Below the pieces are notes generated by a model. The model worked only from the letters and a program-made list of their open reading frames with translations. It ran no database searches and was not told the DNA's origin. This document shows positions 26,321 through 28,644 of a stretch of 28,644 nucleotides of DNA, piece after piece. Numbering within the stretch: position 1 is the first letter of the stretch; the number at the start of each line of letters is the position of its first letter. Source of the DNA: a virus. The stretch lies in the IMG/VR virus record IMGVR_UViG_3300025073_000448. One strand, written 5' to 3'. The position numbers and the translations under genes were made by a program.

Positions 26321-26334
26321 CTGTAGGAATCAAA

Positions 26335-27156
26335 ATGGCAAAAGCCTCTCGCTATCAAATGAGCATGACACCCGTAAGTAAGATGGTGGCAGACTCAATC
26401 AAGTTCATCCAGGACAATGAGCCCGCCGAGGGGTACTTTGTTGGCTTCTCTGGCGGGAAGGATTCCATCGTCTCCTTGGAGTTGTGCCGAATGGCAGGCG
26501 TGAAACATCAAGCCTTCTACTCGGCAACTGGAATTGATCCGCCCGAAGTTGTCAAGTTCATTCGGGAACACTATCCATCCGTGAAGTGGCTACGGCCCAA
26601 GATGACGTTTTGGGAAGGCATTTACAAAAAACAACCTCCATTGAGGATTCAACGCTGGTGCTGCGATGTGCTCAAAAAAGATCCGTCCAAGAACCTGCAC
26701 GCATGGGTGACGTTTTCGGAACGATCTGGTGGAATGATGTGGACTCCATTGAATCATCGGATTATGGGAATCCGCGCAGAGGAGTCCGTTAAGCGGGCGT
26801 TGCGCCCCATGATTGATTATTTTAAGAGATATAAGCAATACATTCTAAAACCGATATTCCATTGGACCTCATGGCACGTTTGGGATTTCATCGCCGAGAG
26901 GGGATTGCCATATCCATGTCTGTATGACGAGGGGTTTGACCGCATTGGCTGAGTGATTTGTCCGTTCTTGTGTCACAAGAACCAGCGCGCAATCAACCAG
27001 CACAAGGCAAGATGGCCCAAGCAGTACAGGGCTTTTGAGCATGCCATGACTCGATGGTGGCATAAGAAGCGTAGATCGAATGGATTTAGGCCGGAAGAAT
27101 ATGAGGACGAGACTCCTGAAGAATATATCGCGGCCTGGTATCGCGGATTTGAATAA
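26335..27156 (+). CDS. PAPS/APS-reductase-family (PP-loop, [4Fe-4S]) protein with in-frame UGA (probable selenocysteine at residue 206); 273 aa
   Basis: FSGGKDS, RWCCDVLKK, GIRAEESVKR, KPIFHW, then LYDEGFDRIG-TGA-VICPF. The two ORF-track pieces (26278-26952 and 26953-27156) are one reading frame. Confidence 0.85.
26954..26995 (+). promoter_or_regulatory. Putative bacterial SECIS element
   Basis: Perfect 8-bp stem GTTCTTGT (26964-26971)/ACAAGAAC (26975-26982). The loop GTC starts 19 nt after the TGA. Lower stem TGATT (26954-26958)/AATCA (26991-26995). Confidence 0.7.
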
Positions 27157-27180
27157 GCAGATTCAAATGAGCGTATTCGA

Positions 27181-27348
27181 ATGAAAGGACATGGACAAGC
27201 CATGCAATCACTTCTCAATCTTCAAGGATGGCAACTCTTCTGGATCTGCGTTGCGGTCGGCATCATCGGCGGCGGGGCGATGGTGGGGCTGATGGCTCTT
27301 GTGAATTGGGGATGGGAAGCTTTGGGTGGAGGGGAGGGACGTGGATAA
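27181..27348 (+). CDS. Small single-pass membrane protein (not in ORF track)
   Basis: MKGHGQAMQSLLNLQGWQLFWICVAVGIIGGGAMVGLMALVNWGWEALGGGEGRG*; alternative start 27202. Confidence 0.6.
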   Translation: MKGHGQAMQSLLNLQGWQLFWICVAVGIIGGGAMVGLMALVNWGWEALGGGEGRG

Positions 27349-27504
27349 ATGATTTCATTGTCAAGCATCGGCATTTTTCTTCTTGGTCTTTTCGTCGGAG
27401 TATTCGTCGGCATGTTCGCTATGGGGCTTTGCCAAGCCGCGGCGGGAGCTTCACGGGCGGAAGAGCTCGTTGAGCCCAACCCGACGCTTCATGCGCCAGA
27501 GTAG
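27349..27504 (+). CDS. Small membrane protein, DUF3789-like (not in ORF track)
   Basis: MISLSSIGIFLLGLFVGVFVGMFAMGLCQAAAGASRAEELVEPNPTLHAPE*; abuts the upstream stop, with GGAGG upstream. Confidence 0.65.
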   Translation: MISLSSIGIFLLGLFVGVFVGMFAMGLCQAAAGASRAEELVEPNPTLHAPE

Positions 27505-27535
27505 TGAAGCAATAAAGCGATGACCCACGAAACAT

Positions 27536-27571
27536 AAATCACCAAGACACCAAATCACCAAGCAAGACACC
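27536..27571. repeat. Imperfect tandem duplication AAATCACCAAG(CAAG)ACACC
   Basis: A 16-bp unit followed by a copy carrying a nested 4-bp duplication. Confidence 0.8.
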
Positions 27572-27594
27572 GAGAAAGGAGGATCTTCCCCGCC

Positions 27595-28314
27595 ATGTCA
27601 TACCAGCCGCGCCACAGAAACCCCATGGTAGCACTCCATGGCCCGGGCCCCGACGGAACGCTCTGCCGGCACTGCGATCACATAGATTCCGACCTTCATG
27701 GAAAGGAGAGCAAGTTCAATAGGTTCTTTTGTAAGATAGCCATCGGGGATTCCATTGAAGTGGAAGAGGAAGGACACCCCTCCCTTCAAGGCTACATTCC
27801 CGCCATCCACAAAATAGCCAGGCAAAACCCGAAGCTCTATCTTGCCAACTACCAGAAATACAACCACCGCATCACCTGGCCGTCCTGCTCACTCTTCTCG
27901 GGACAGGCCACGATCACGTATCTCTGCAAGGGAACCTGCGGGAAAGAGTACACCATCGCCAGGACCGGGCACGACAGCAGGAAATTTACCGGATACTGCC
28001 AGAGCTGCGCCGAGATCTCACACCGGGAAAAGAGAGAGCTCGCACGGGAGATGGCGGAGAAGATGTTGCCTCGGTATGAGAGGAGGGATGATCGGGGGAA
28101 TGAAGGTGCGGGGAAGAAAGTGGGCGAGAAGAATGGAGGGGATGTGAAGGTGTGTTTCCCTGTAAAGGCAAAGGAGGGAACGAAGCGGCATAAGTGCCTG
28201 GGAAACAGCATCGCGGAGGAGTGTCCTTCGTATAGTGCATGCATAAATTATGCTTGCAACATGGGGTGGAGCGGGTTTAGGGATTGTGGCGAGGAAGGGA
28301 AGGGTAGACGATGA
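27595..28314 (+). CDS. Cys-rich multi-Zn-finger hypothetical protein
   Basis: SD AAGGAGG; CRHC, CKGTC, CQSC and CPSYSAC motifs. Confidence 0.8.
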   Translation: MSYQPRHRNPMVALHGPGPDGTLCRHCDHIDSDLHGKESKFNRFFCKIAIGDSIEVEEEGHPSLQGYIPAIHKIARQNPKLYLANYQKYNHRITWPSCSLFSGQATITYLCKGTCGKEYTIARTGHDSRKFTGYCQSCAEISHREKRELAREMAEKMLPRYERRDDRGNEGAGKKVGEKNGGDVKVCFPVKAKEGTKRHKCLGNSIAEECPSYSACINYACNMGWSGFRDCGEEGKGRR

Positions 28315-28365
28315 TCGATCATAAAAACGGGGTGGCACGGAGATGAAAGAAGAGCACTTCTTTGC

Positions 28366-28542
28366 ATGCATGCTTGGTGGGAACGAGATCTCGCCATGGT
28401 GAGCCATTGCCTGGACTGCGGGGCTGTTGATGGTCCTTTATGTCCTTCATGTCACGGAAAGTCGTGGGGAAAAAAGATGCAGGTTTATTGCCGGTGGTGC
28501 GGATTTGTCGGGGAAAGGAAGGTTGGTTTGATGCAACCTTGA
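28366..28542 (+). CDS. Small Zn-ribbon protein (3 x CxxC), start uncertain
   Basis: MHAWWERDLAMVSHCLDCGAVDGPLCPSCHGKSWGKKMQVYCRWCGFVGERKVGLMQP*. Confidence 0.55.
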   Translation: MHAWWERDLAMVSHCLDCGAVDGPLCPSCHGKSWGKKMQVYCRWCGFVGERKVGLMQP

Positions 28543-28644
28543 AGGGATGGGAGAGAGGTGGGGGCTTGCGTCGGTGGAGTCAAAACAAAAAAGTAAGACC
28601 CCCCCCCCTCTCAAGGCTCCCTATGAACTACCGCAGTATTCCTA

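Larger units (their letters stand above)
1..28644. mobile_element. Segment of a tailed phage/prophage genome
   Basis: DarB-like polyvalent protein, tailspike-like gene, Cro-like HTH, phage-type PAPS-reductase-family gene and densely packed small hypothetical ORFs. No housekeeping genes. No integrase or att site seen, so phage versus prophage is unresolved. Confidence 0.88.

Noticed and set aside
26278-27156. Two separate genes or a plain pseudogene, as split in the ORF track
   Set aside because: The break falls exactly on the conserved Cys, the frame continues, no other lesion is seen, and a SECIS-like hairpin follows. A pseudogene is less likely but not excluded.
28301-28317. Partial match (TAGACGATGA core) to the sequence following the solitary CRISPR repeat
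   Set aside because: Only 14 of 17 positions match, with mismatches in the seed and no TTC PAM; compatible with chance.
1-28644. Genome-wide stop-codon reassignment
   Set aside because: TGA, TAG and TAA all end genes at sensible operon boundaries, and long genes have no internal stops, so any recoding is site-specific.
28580-28644. A-rich and C10 tract at the right edge as a packaging or terminus signal
   Set aside because: Context is truncated and no terminase gene is visible, so it cannot be supported.

Overview
This window reads as part of a tailed-phage or prophage genome. The Ros/MucR protein type suggests a Desulfobacterota/deltaproteobacterial host (inference). Left half: a giant polyvalent protein (>4,800 aa, 5'-truncated) with an inorganic-pyrophosphatase-like domain, a DarB-like N6-methyltransferase plus SNF2 helicase, an LPD23/HExxH metallopeptidase, two ADP-ribosyltransferase-like domains and a PLxRFG-like C-terminus, followed by a tailspike-like protein with an apparent signal peptide. 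Right half: a divergent promoter region separates a leftward accessory operon (Cro-like HTH, hypothetical genes, a Tat-exported phosphodiesterase) from a rightward operon (MucR, PAPS-reductase-family gene, small membrane and Zn-finger proteins). Three signals are not explained by the ORF track. (1) The PAPS-reductase-family gene has an in-frame TGA exactly at the conserved Cys of RIGCxxCP, followed by a hairpin fitting the bacterial SECIS model, so it is a candidate phage-encoded selenoprotein. (2) A solitary type I-C CRISPR repeat lies in the leftward operon, a candidate RNA anti-CRISPR. (3) At least two SD-led, protein-like ORFs are overprinted in the +1 frame of the giant protein. All family assignments are by motif recognition, with no database search.
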